Below the pieces are notes generated by a model, which saw only the letters and a list, made by a program, of their open reading frames with translations, was not told where the DNA came from and made no database searches. Position numbers and translations under genes: made by a program. A stretch of 64,000 nucleotides of DNA from Dicyema japonicum (lineage: Eukaryota; Animalia; Dicyemida). Location of the stretch: the NCBI GenBank assembly GCA_011109175.1, contig RDEW01000036.1:65583-129582 (forward strand). The letters are read 5' to 3'. Shown here piece after piece: positions 12,653-24,668 of the stretch (its first letter is position 1; the number at the start of each line of letters is the position of its first letter).

Positions 12653-14005
12653 TCATAAATTTATTACTCTCATAATTTCACTAAAATGGCATAATCTAAC
12701 ATTTTCCAGTTTTTCATAGTCTCGTACTTTATGCCACCCCTCCTTAGAAACCACTGCCACATTTTTCAACTTCTTGGAGATTTCTGGAGACTCCATCCCT
12801 GGTTTCCGTGCCTCAAACATATACATATAATTCTCCGTTAATTCGGAGGTAAGTGAATTTGAATCCACAAGTGTTTCATGAATCGTTCCCAGGGATCCAG
12901 TACGAGCCCATCCACAATAGAAGACGTTATAGTGATCACACTTGATATCAGAGTCCGAACCCAAACTAGTAATGATCTGTCCATAGATAAGAATCGAACC
13001 TGATCACAGTCACATAGCTCTTCTCTGTTACTTTGGATGATCTCAGACACATTATCGTAGATCACTTCCTAAAATTTATTCACATTCACTAACGTTTACT
13101 CCAAGAATCAGAGACTTTTTAACTAACTTCAAAGGTCGTCGAAGGTACGAAACGATCATTTCCCTTCCACAGTCAGTCTCACGTGGACCTGCACACGACA
13201 TGATTAGCTCCATTTTACGTTTATCAGCACGCGTGAGATCTGGCAATAACATAGTCGTTACTTTGATATCTCGCACGTGTGTCAACATTTTCGACTCTTA
13301 CCGGGAATAGACGAGTGCAATGTCGGAATTCTCGGGTAGAGAAGGCTGAATGTACAGCGTCCCTTCGAGCAATAAGCCGAACTGCACGAATTTTTAATGA
13401 GTGTAGCACGTTTAGAACGTGCATGGGAATCAAATACTTAAATTTATCCAAGTAATCGGTTCCGGCTGTAAGAAGAACTCTGGCCACGTCAAGAGAAGCG
13501 TTCCCTGTGCCGATAACGACGACATTTTCAGTCCCATTCAAAGTCTCTCCTATGGAATCGCCCACATGAGGATGTCCATTCACCCACCGCATAAAATCGT
13601 GCGCATTTAAGTTTGGAAAGTTAAAATTTGGCAATTCCCTAGAATTCTCAGCCCCTGTGGCCTTAAAAATAAATTATCAACTCAAACCATAATCACAACA
13701 TTATAGGCACTACTCAGGTCAGCCAAATTCAAATCTTTACCCACGTGGACATTTCCGTTGAACGTAAAGTTAGGATTTTCGAGAATTTTCTCAAATTTTG
13801 AAGTTACATTCTAAACTAATTCTAGAAAGCAAACTCTGACGTCGACATTGTCGGGGGCGACCCCATACCGCAAAAGACCGAAGGGCACGGGGAGCTTTTC
13901 GAACATATCAACACGCATATTTGGATGCTTTAGAAAATTTCCTGAAATAAAGAAGCCTGCTGGACCCGATCCTACTACAGCAACTCGAATAGACCGATAA
14001 AGCAT
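12653..14005 (-). CDS. FDXR: NADPH:adrenodoxin (ferredoxin) oxidoreductase, FDXR/Arh1 family
   Basis: VAVVGSGPAGF, FEKLPVPFGLLRYGVAPD, GNVHVG, VIGTGNASLDVAR, FSTREFR and YCGWARTG. Five introns of 22-26 nt restore one continuous frame. Confidence 0.9.
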
Positions 14006-14105
14006 GAAAATTATAAATTATAATATTTGTTTGTGTTTTAAAACATAAAAATTAAATAAAAACTAAATAAATTAATTAAAGTACTACTACCTTTTGTGGG
14101 CATTG
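14006..14105. promoter_or_regulatory. Putative bidirectional promoter between FDXR and the E2 gene
   Basis: Only 100 bp of very AT-rich DNA separates the two divergent ATGs. Confidence 0.55.
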
Positions 14106-14670
<565 letters not shown>

Positions 14671-15183
14671 TTAACAGTAGTACTCTATAACATTTCTTGG
14701 TTATTCATTTTTTATGATAATAGTTGAATTAATTGGCACTTATTTGTTACTTTGGGGAGATTTATTATGCTACTTAGGTTTAATTATATCAGTAGTCTAA
14801 TTGACAAATGAGCTTATTTAAGATTATAGGCCAAATTAACAAGGCTAAGAATGCAGTAGTTTAATAAAAGAAGGCTGTGATGGTATTTGAGATACGTTTT
14901 TTTGGAATTATGATGCTCTTGTAAAAATATCTTAATTTCATTACAAGCCACAAAATGATGTACGTCACATCTACGTTCATAAATCGATTATGTTAACGCA
15001 ACCATGTGTTAGTCGATAACTTGACCTTTAGAACACGTGATTTTATCAAATTACCAATATTGATTAAGTAACCTTTCATGAAACTAAATATCTACTTTTG
15101 GCTCTCTGAATCTATTTAAATAATAAACTTAGGTTTACCGTTTGAATTTATTTATAAGCAAAGAAAGGATAAAACATTAGTTA

Positions 15184-15540
15184 GCTGCCGCCCTCACTGC
15201 GTGGCTGTTCCCTTTCAGAATTGCGATCGAAATTCGCTCAAGCAGCCAGCGGAGATCGCGGAGATCTCCAGTGCATGAGGTGATCCGGTTTTTAAGACGT
15301 CCGAAAAACTCTAGTGTAGAGGGGAGTAGGATCCGGAAGCCTCCATAGCAAGGGGAACAAATTGGACATTATCAGGAGGTCGCCGTATTTTTCGAGTTTG
15401 ACCTTCTCCGCCTTGACGGTTGCAAAGCAGGCCCTTGAAGCGCACTCGTGAAGATTGTTCGGGGCGAACGTGTCTGTACATGTCACGTCCCAAACAAGTG
15501 GTTTCTGGTCATCCATCCGGTCGTTTCTCGTCACTTCTGC
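15184..15540 (-). mobile_element. CRE-clade LINE 3' fragment
   Basis: LVWDVTCTDTF..KLEKY..ERISIAILKGNSHAVRAA. About 90% identical by eye to 17781-18055. Confidence 0.8.
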
Positions 15541-15732
15541 ATAACCCGAATTTTATTTTTTTATCGTTTTAGTTATTGAATTTTATTTAGTAAACCCCTT
15601 TATCTTCATCCTTCAGTCTTATCAAAAAGGGTAAATTAGATAAAAGTTATGTTAAAGTAACATAATTATGTAATTATTATTTATAATATAAATAATGATT
15701 CGAATTTATATTTCAATAATCGTAGTTCAACA

Positions 15733-16472
15733 ATGTGCTCATTTAGACTAATTATGACAAGACAGTATAAATGTATTAAATAATATTAAGTGGACGAACA
15801 CGAGAAAATCAAAGTGGGTTGGTACAGGGTTAACTTCCGTCTGACCATTTTAGGGCAAATGGACACTGAACTGTCCGATTTAGGGGTATCTCAAGCTAAG
15901 AAACTGGCAAATGAACTAAAGGACGTCCCAATTTCACAAATATACACGAGTGATTTGATCCGAGCTTATGATGTCGTATTACTATCTCATTTCATAGACT
16001 ACGAGATTTGTTGTCGATGAAAACATATATTTCAAAGGGAAAGAGCCGGTTGTCATCGAACGACTAAGGGAACGAGTCAGCTTAGTTTTATATTCTTAGT
16101 ATTTTGGTAAATATCAGGGAATGCCATACAAACTGCTGAATAAGTCGGCGATGGAAGGTGTTGAGACCGAAGAAGAGGTTGAGGTTTGTTGAATTTCAGT
16201 TTCAAACACGTTGTACGACTACCTTCTACGAGATAATAAACACTTGCTTACAATCAGTAGGACAGGAACCTCCTATTGACGGAAAATTACCAGTCGTTTT
16301 GATGGTGAGTCATCATGGAGTCTTGCGGATGATATTGAAGAGCATCAAAACAGTAGAGAACCTTCCCACGAGGCTGTACAACTGTTCCCTCACAGTGTTG
16401 GATGTCTCTTTTGAGGAAGGACAGCCTGTTTTCAAGAATGTATCTATTTGTGATGTAGATCATTTATTGTGA
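15733..16472 (+). CDS. Histidine phosphatase superfamily protein (TIGAR / PGM-like)
   Basis: Spliced: MTRH/GRTREN..VQG/QMDTELSDLGVSQA..YTSDLIRAYD/T..RLRER/YFG..VSHHGVLR. RHG motif intact. Five introns of 22-26 nt. Confidence 0.85.
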
Positions 16473-16539
16473 TTATTAATTTTTTGATTTAATACGATAT
16501 TTGTTTCAATTACTAATAGTACTTTTTTAATTGCTTTTT

Positions 16540-16720
16540 TGGATATGTCCTCTGGATTTCCTGATCTGCATGAACCGAGGAGTGCCCGTGCGACTACGGG
16601 CATTCATTCGTACGCCGATACGTACTTGCGTGAGCTCGAGGGAAAATCATCGTCCCTAGTTGAAACCTCTGTTGGAGCGTGCCGGGATCGTGTGAGTAGT
16701 TTGTGTTACTGTGTTCTTTG
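16540..16720. ncRNA. Candidate structured RNA (unassigned)
   Basis: GC-rich island with stems ATGAA/TTCAT, TGCCCGT/ACGGGCA, GTACG/CGTAC and AGGGA/TCCCT. No family motif recognised. Confidence 0.25.
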
Positions 16721-17780
16721 GAATTTTTCATTTCTTGTCAATTCTGTAATTATTTTCTTTGGGAAAACAATTATTTTTAAATAATGAAAATTAGGCAATA
16801 ATTAGAACTACAGAATGGCGAAGGCGTTACCTTTAATAATCGCCAATTCGAGCCTCTGTAATTATTTTGCCAAAAAACACATTATTTCTGAAGTTTTATT
16901 AAAAATCCTGACATGAGGCCTAGATTAATGCTTCTTTATCGCCATCCTTCTAGTCTTATCAAAAAGGTTTATTATTGTCTTTTTCTTAAGCGAAAATACC
17001 ACCCATCACATCCGTAGATCAAATAGGGCATTATAATTCTTTCAAAAATATAGATAAACGTCTCCTTTTTCAAATCGAGTTTTCGTAAACACAAGAGCTT
17101 GGTAACTTTTTTCATTTCATTTTGGCACCTTCCACATATACAGAACACATTACTTCCACCAAATCTGTTTAGGACCTAAAAGGCAATTATATTTTTACGT
17201 ACTCTTCAGATACAAGAAGAATGGCTATTTTTCTAAGGCAATGGAAGATCCGTTAGTCGTTTGAGGAACTTGGGTGAGGCTCGATAACTACTCTGTTAGT
17301 CTTTTAACCGTGTCAGTATACGATTTTGATCTGCAAGAATATTCATGGCTGAACAGATTCCACCCTCTGATAGTTTTCGGAAGAGACTGTTCTCAATACA
17401 TCTGTATAAGCACTCTGTAGCCAAAACACAGATCATCTTGGGAATCCTAATAAGAAGTTTTCATGAGGATATCATGTTTGAAATCAGCTCAAGTAGGTTC
17501 TAATGCTCTGAGTCACTTGATCAGACGGAAATTATTTTCTCGATTGACAGTGCATTTTGATGCCGAGGAAGGTTATTTTGGTCATTTTGCCACAGAACAC
17601 ATGGAATTATCGGAAGCACGCTATTATGGATTGCCATTTGATTTTGCTAATATTTTCGCATTTCTTGTATGTCTCTTGGCTGATTTTGAGATCTTTCGTT
17701 TTTCTCACCTTATAACAAGTCCAATACGATTGAAAATTTTTTTTTTAATAACCAAAAATTTAAACAATAGAAGTCAGGTA

Positions 17781-18055
17781 GTTGCCGCCCTCACTGCGTG
17801 GCTGTTCCCTCTCGAAATTGCGAGCGAAATTCGCTCAAATAGCCAGCGGCGTTCACGGAGATTTCCAGTGCATGAGGTGATCTGGTTTCCAAGACGTCCG
17901 AAAAACTCGAGTGTAGAGGGGGAGTAAGATCCGGAAGTCTCCATAGCAAGGGGAACAAATTTGACATCATCGGGAAGGTCGACGTATTTTTCGAGTTTGG
18001 CCTTCTCCGCCTTGACGGTTGCAGAGCAGGCCCTTGAAGCACTCTCGTGAAGATT
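17781..18055 (-). mobile_element. CRE-clade LINE 3' fragment
   Basis: Near-copy of 15184-15456 in the same orientation; encodes WLFERISLAISRGNSHAVRAA. Confidence 0.8.
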
Positions 18056-18236
18056 TTACTGGGCGATTGAAATTATAAAATATATATTTCATAGGAATTT
18101 GGGTGAATTTTTGTGGTCTTGTGCTCAAGATTAAATTTTATCAGAAAATTGATAAGTCAAATTTCTGAATCGTCACAACTTATTTTTCATAAAACAAAGT
18201 TACGATTCAAACAATGAAAATCATGTTAGCATTAAT

Positions 18237-19421
18237 TTAGGAAATTATCCGCAATAACAATTTACGGTAATCACCAGAAGTTTCGCTTTTTATAGCGGAT
18301 TGAAGCGATTTTCCGGTACTCTTTTGAAAAACTTCGCTAACATTCATCAAATCTTTCTATTTTGTGGACAAAACAAGTACCTCGCATCTGTCTGCGATCA
18401 CAAAATTCAACAAATCCTCGTCAGTTCCCTTTCCTTTAAAGGCACTTTGAAGACAACTACTGAAGTACCCAACTGGGTGAATCGTCCAATCAACTAAAAT
18501 AAAATTTGAGTCAACTTAGCTGTTTCATTAAAAATTCATCTTCCTGACTAAAATAGGACCCACCTGATTCGAGAACTGATTTTTGATATAACTGGGGAAT
18601 AGTTTAAATTATACAAACGTTGTTATATTCTTGAATACAGGCTGCTGCTTGGAATCGATTTTGTTGAAAAAAAACTTCGCATAATACACTCTTGTCTATT
18701 ATCGGCTGTTCTAAGTCAAATAACTCCTTAAGTTGTTCTGCTTGCATTTTAGACAAATTTCTGTTGACCAAACCATCGATGTTGTCTATGTTATCTGTTA
18801 ATTCGGCCTTTCCATTCTGCCAATACTCGACATATTTAACCTCAAACAAGAAGGAAATCAAAGTTCTGAAGAGTTCGCTAGATTCTCCTTCCACTACCTT
18901 TTCCAGGGTTTTTTTGTTTCCTAGAAAATAACCTCAAGTAAAACGTGAATTGTATAATTTTACAATTTCATTTCTTTCCTCATTTGTTCTGGTTAATAAA
19001 ACTGCAAAAATAAGATTTATATTGGCTGAACGTCCCTAATGAAGTTTCAGACCTTACTACTTTTGTAGCAGCCTTAATAGCATCGTAGGCTACTTCATCC
19101 GAGCTCTTCATCAAAGCAAGGGCAAGAATTCTAAAGTATCCACTCAGTTCACTTTTTATTTCATCATACAAATTCTAAATATTTCTTTAAAGCATGCCTT
19201 TCCGTATAACAATGAGTAAGATTCCACGACCAAGTTTTTTGGCTTGAAGGCAACACTAAATACTCTATTACGGCATCCTCATCGGTTCCTGTGATATTAT
19301 TAAAGTCTCAACCAAATCCAGCCATTGCCTTGTTGAGCTTAACTGCTTCGTCTTTTGCATTAAAGTTTTTTAGATTTCTTAAAGTCCCAAATGAATCTTT
19401 AATTTCCACTTTCAAAGACAT
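18237..19421 (-). CDS. Annexin (four-repeat core, short N-terminus)
   Basis: KAMAGF/GTDED..YGK/NLYDEIKSELSG..AFKGKGTDED..GKSLQSAIKSETSGDYRKLLL. About 7 micro-introns including GC-AG 19175-19197. One base missing near 19235-19240. Confidence 0.92.
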
Positions 19422-19479
19422 TTTTATATCGCCTTTAATCTTACCTTTTAAATTATTATAAACCACAAAAATTTCCGTA

Positions 19480-19990
19480 ATAATGATTTCCCTGGATCAC
19501 AAGGAAATCAAACTTGAGGGGACGTCCATCTTGAATCGCTCTCCATAACGAACATGTAGTTTTTGAGGTAATTTACAAGTATATCCACAAAAATATTCAT
19601 TTATTATAAATGAATGTCCTTTCGGGTGAATTGGCAGAAACTCTGGCCAAGGCTTCCTGAGTTTTGTAAAGAATCAATTAGTTAAAGCACATCCATGTTA
19701 CCAGTAAACACTGTTTATGGTTTCGCTTGTGCCATGTTTAACTAAGTACATGCGTTGTACATGAGGATTGGTCGGACAATATATAAGCCTAGTTGCATCT
19801 TCGTAGGAATTTGATTCTTTCTCATCAGAATAGATTGCAATTTTTAAGTGCTATAGTGGCCATATATCTTTCGTTGTGTGATATCTTCTGAACCTCCACT
19901 TCTCAACGCGGGTTAGCGCTCTTTCAATAGTGGTTATTTCAGATTTGTCTTCATTGACTTTGAGATATCATTTACTCAAAATTGTTTTCG
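19480..19990 (-). mobile_element. Degenerate RTE LINE 3' fragment
   Basis: Minus strand YIVRPILMYN and a GRPRT-like remnant, with many stops. Confidence 0.5.
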
Positions 19991-20002
19991 TATTCTCCAT
20001 AA

Positions 20003-20520
20003 TATTATTATTATTATTATAGGCACGTACGCGATGCCAAGATCATGACAAAGCATGTGAAACACGAAAAGTTAACAATCTAATTAACGCCCCGTCCCCC
20101 ATCTTTTCGATCCGTTGCCATGTTCCGTAGCATATCCTGAGATCTTCATCTAGAATAACCGCAGTGTTGTCCTCGGCCGGCCGCGGAAACGAGAAGCTTC
20201 TAAGACAAAATACTCCTCCATTGCTATGTTGGCAGGGGTCCCAATATCGTGGCGGAGTATTTGTCCAAAGAGCCTTCATCTTGAATCAGTAATCTCACAT
20301 GATATCTTGTATAAGATTTCAAACTCCTTCGTTATTTTTGTCTCTTGGGGACATCCGATTGATATCTTGTATTTTGAAAGGTCTTCATAAAGTTCTTTTC
20401 TTTTCCATGCACTAGAGAGTCCTTTGACATTGAACGTTAAAAGAGAGAAGTTATTTAAATTGCATTTTTCGTGTTTTTCTGACAAACTGTTAAAGAGATA
20501 AGTCTCCACCTCAACCAAAA
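20003..20520 (-). mobile_element. Non-autonomous RTE derivative, copy 1, with (TAA)n tail
   Basis: APE N-terminus (LLTFNVKGL..QETKIT) fused to the RTE C-terminal region. Near-identical to 53034-53556. Confidence 0.8.
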
Positions 20521-21013
20521 AATAATAACATTTATAAATTCCCGATCTTCCGCAACGACATCAACATCATCCGCGTAAATGAGTTCCATCAAGAAACCTA
20601 AAAAAGATATCCATGCGGAGGAATTCTGACCAGTTTTTCTGCAAACATTTGACAAGACACTTCCTGAAGGTGGTAGGATCGCTGGCGGATCATTTACTAG
20701 AAGCTGCGACCAGTTGGCTTTGATATTTTTTTCTTTCTAGTTTGGGGTTTATCAAATAAAATAAAGAGTCTCTCGCTACACTATGTGGACCAACATTAAT
20801 TCTTCAATTAGAAGGGTGGTGGAGTTATGACTGGTTGAGGTCGGGTTTGTTTTCAGGAGCCTAGCCATTACTAAGATTAAACGATGAAGTTCTCGCAATA
20901 CGGAATTTTTTCCCTAGTAGCAGTGGTGAGCTCGACGAAATGAGACTGGCTATCTGAAAAGTCTAACCTCTTTATTCCGTAGGAGACCAGGTATTTCGTC
21001 TTACTATTAATTA

Positions 21014-22962
21014 CAGTCAAACACTTCTAAACCGACTCCTCCGTATAATGGAATTCCCTTAAAACCGGAGTAAACTTCTGGTCCCAAATCACCTCATAGG
21101 CCATCACTGCTGTTTCATCTTCGATTTACCGGATCTCTCTTATTCCGAATACCGGCCGTATTTGTGGTCCCACTTGAATTTTCTTTTATCATAAACCGGC
21201 CTTCTGACATCAATCTTTGATCTAATCCTATTAATCGTCTTTAACCTTGAATTGCGAACAACGATGAGATATATATTGCGAACAACTCGACAGAAAATCA
21301 AAAACTAAAAAATGATAACTCCGACAAGAAAACGATTACGTTGCGAATTGTCTCTAAAGAAGAAAATTCAAATAATAAATGAATCGAACCAAACACCTAA
21401 GCAGACACAAAAATTTCTCAGCAAGAAGTATGGAGTTGGATGCAGCACTGCATCAAACATACTTAAGAAAGCTGATATTTATTTGGAATTATTCAATAAC
21501 AACGTAAAGTCTGCTAAAAAACGATTCGACAACAACTGCAAAATTGAAAATTTAAATAAAATCATTTGGAGTGGTTCCAGATAGCACGTTACTAAAACTT
21601 TTGTTTGGCAGGACCAATTATTATCGCAAAAGCTACAGAGTTTGCTAAAGCACTGGGGGAAAATGATTTTAAAGCTTCCACTGGCTGGTTATGCAGGTGG
21701 AAGTCCCGTTACTTAATCCATACGTACTGTACCAGTGGTGAAAAAGCTAATGTTGACAGTGATGTTGTTTCTGACTGGATGGAACGTGTACCTTTTTAAT
21801 TGAGGGATATCGACCAGAAATATTTAACTGCGACGAACCGGACTATTTATCGTGCCCTCCTGATAAAACACATCAGTAAGAGGGTAATTATCACAGTGGA
21901 TCAAAGAAGTCGAAGGAACGTCTTACTGTAATGCTTGCATGCAGTTCGACAGGAGAAAAGCCAATTGTAATTGGCAAGTCTCGAAAACCCCGATTTTTAA
22001 AGAATATTAATCTGAATGAGTTACCTGTTATTTACTGCTCCAACGTTACAGCCTGGATGACATCGAAATTGTTTTCAAAATGGTTGCAAGATGTGAAGAT
22101 GATGCGCCAGGAACGAAAAATTATTATGTTTTTGGGTAATCAGCATCACATTCACCAAACGTAAAATATTCCAACGTGGAACACAAATTTCTTCCTGCTA
22201 ACACAACGAGTGTCATACAGCCTTTGGATCAAGGAATTATTCGGTAATTTAAAGAAAGATACAAAAGACTAATAATGACTCAACATCTTGCCAAAATGGA
22301 CACAGAAACCAATGCGTCACCACTTGCAAAAAATTTCTCTCTTGGATGCTATCCGGTGGATTAGCACAGCTTGGATGGACGTGAAATCAAACACAATCTC
22401 CCTCTGCTTTAATAAGGGTGGCATTCCAGTCAAAATATATGATATAAACGACAATCCTGAAAACAATTTACTGTTCATACCTCTCATGGATAGACTAGTC
22501 TATAATTCAATGACAGAAGAAGATTTTGTCGACTTAGACTTGGAACTACCGACTGAAAATCCCAAAGATTGGGAATCATCCCTAGTTGAGCAATACCAAA
22601 CAGTCTCAGCTTTTGAAGATAATGACAGTGACCAGACTCTGATAAGCAAACAAAGCCAAAACATATAGAGAAATTAACACGCACAAATGTTCAACAAATG
22701 CTAGACGAAATCTGCCACTTTGCTTGCACTCAAGACCCTACATTACTTGATCACGTCAACAGACTGATCTATCTGAACAATAAAGCGATTGATGAATCGA
22801 AGCTAAATACGAAGTAATCCTTATCGACAGATTTCTATTAATTTTACTGTTTCACTTTTTCGTTATAAGTAAATTTAATGACTTGTTCAATATACCGGCC
22901 TCCCCTCTATACAGGACAATTCTGTCGGTCCAGAGAGGAATCGGTATAGAGGGGTTTGACTG
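21014..22962 (+). mobile_element. pogo/Tigger DNA transposon, full length, transposase inactivated
   Basis: Imperfect TIRs CAGTCAAACACTTCTAAACCGA / TCGGTATAGAGGGGTTTGACTG flanked by TA at 21012-13 and 22963-64. CENP-B HTH (KKKIQII, FKASTGWL.RWK.R) and DDE_1 motifs (MLACSSTGEK, AWMTSKLF, QPLDQGII). Confidence 0.92.
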
Positions 22963-23121
22963 TAATTGTTATTATTTTAAATAATTAATTCGATTATTAT
23001 ATTTAGAATTTAAAGATCCAAAATTACGTTGCTAAGAACCAGAGCTGTGGAGCCGGAGTCGAGGGGTTTTTTGTATAGTTGGAGTCGGAGTCAGTGATAA
23101 AAGGTCGACTCCTAGGTCATT

Positions 23122-23600
23122 ATGACTGATTGCTTCTATTTATATAATATAATGAAACCGCTCTTAAAGTCCTGGCCGTCACGGGAATGCGCTGTCGTCT
23201 TGTACAATCAACTTCTAAAACTGACGGTAGAGTATGCTTGTGCCTCATGGGCCTATGGAGCTTCAATATCCAATTCATACAAGATCAACTCCCTAACAGG
23301 AAAACTTGCTTGTCTAACAAATCTATTCCCGATCTTCGCCTCCCCAATGTTTGACCACGCCGCAATCAAAAATAACTGCTCCGGCTTCACCGGTCTGTGT
23401 GGTCAAGAAACAAGTCGTTTCTTCCATTCAAGGCTAGAAGCCTCAAATACACGCAATTTGGGGAAAAACCCACCCCTCTTCAAACTCTAGTGAAAGATGA
23501 TCGTCGTCTATACAGGAAAGCCATGGGTACTCTGGAGGAACATAGGATAAACTACTCGATTCTGTTAAGGCGTTCCGGATCACTTAATTAACTGGTTTAC
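23122..23600 (+). mobile_element. LINE RT C-terminal fragment (Jockey/R1-like)
   Basis: LYNQLLKLTVEYACASW resembles the post-RT LY..LI.P.LEYA...W motif. Confidence 0.5.
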
Positions 23601-23639
23601 TCATTAAATAAATAAATAAATTAATATATATTGCTTCCT

Positions 23640-24668
23640 AACAACGGATGATGTCAAAATTATACAAAAACTACTGCAGAATACGCAAATAGCAACCAAA
23701 CTCGGAAAAACTACTTCAGAATTCTTTTATACTTCACGTGGAATTCCGCAAGGAGACTCTTTGTCACCAGTTCTATTCATAATCTACCAGGAGGCTGCAC
23801 TGAGAGATTTCAGGCCTTTAATTGAGAACAACAAAATAATCGAGTTAATATATGCAGACGATCTTGACTTTATTTCTGAAGATGTTGAAATTCTTCATCA
23901 CGTTCTTAAGAACTTACCAAATGCCTTTTCTAAATAATTCTTAGTTGTCAACCAAGACAAAACTGAATATACAAACTTGTACGAGCTGTACGCACTTACG
24001 ATGAATCATGGAGAAGGCATAACAAAGTTGGTTCACTACTTGGAGACTCAGAAGATGTTACCCACAGAAAAATCCTTTCCACTGCTGCATATAAAAAATT
24101 CTTAACTATCTGGCGTTCTAAGAAGAGCATAACTACGAATACAAAGCTAAAATTGTATAAAACATTCGTGGTTCCAGTCCTGACATACAACTGTGGGACA
24201 TGGGGGATTACGAAACGGGAAATGGACAATCTGGATCAATTTCATAGAAATCAACTAAGAACATCTTGAGAATACATTTCCCGAAAAAGATATCAAATTC
24301 AGAACTGTACAAAAGATGTGGCTTAAGGTCATTATCAGAGCAGATTCTCAAGGCTAGGTGGAGACTTTTTGGTCACATCTTACGAATGGATATGTTGACT
24401 CCACCAAACATTGCAATGGAGAACTATTTCGCACAACTGAAGGGATCATTCCGTGGCAGGCCTAGAGTGACGTTGCCTTCAATACTAAATGATGACCTAA
24501 TCCGAATAAACAAAACTCTACGAAATGGTTAAGATCTTGACTCACTACGAGCAATGGCCCGGAACAGGGGAACATGGAAAAGGATGTGTGGGAGGATACT
24601 GGACGTGGCACAAGGGGAACTTAATTAATCTAATTAATTTTTGATTTCCCGGGAGTGCTTAAAAAAAA
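23640..24668 (+). mobile_element. RTE LINE, 5'-truncated (RT plus C-terminus)
   Basis: RGIPQGDSLSPVLF, LIYADDLD, VPVLTYNCGTW, RWRLFGHILR and GRPRVTLP; ends GTGCTTAAAAAAAA. Confidence 0.9.

Noticed and set aside
17463-17927. 154-aa plus-strand ORF (likewise 2774-3094, 29763-30080, 57160-57453)
   Set aside because: These are antisense shadows of transposon or host coding sequence, with no recognisable motifs of their own.
23039-23115. GGAGTCGGAGTC-rich segment as a MITE end
   Set aside because: No matching second terminus or target-site duplication was found in the window.
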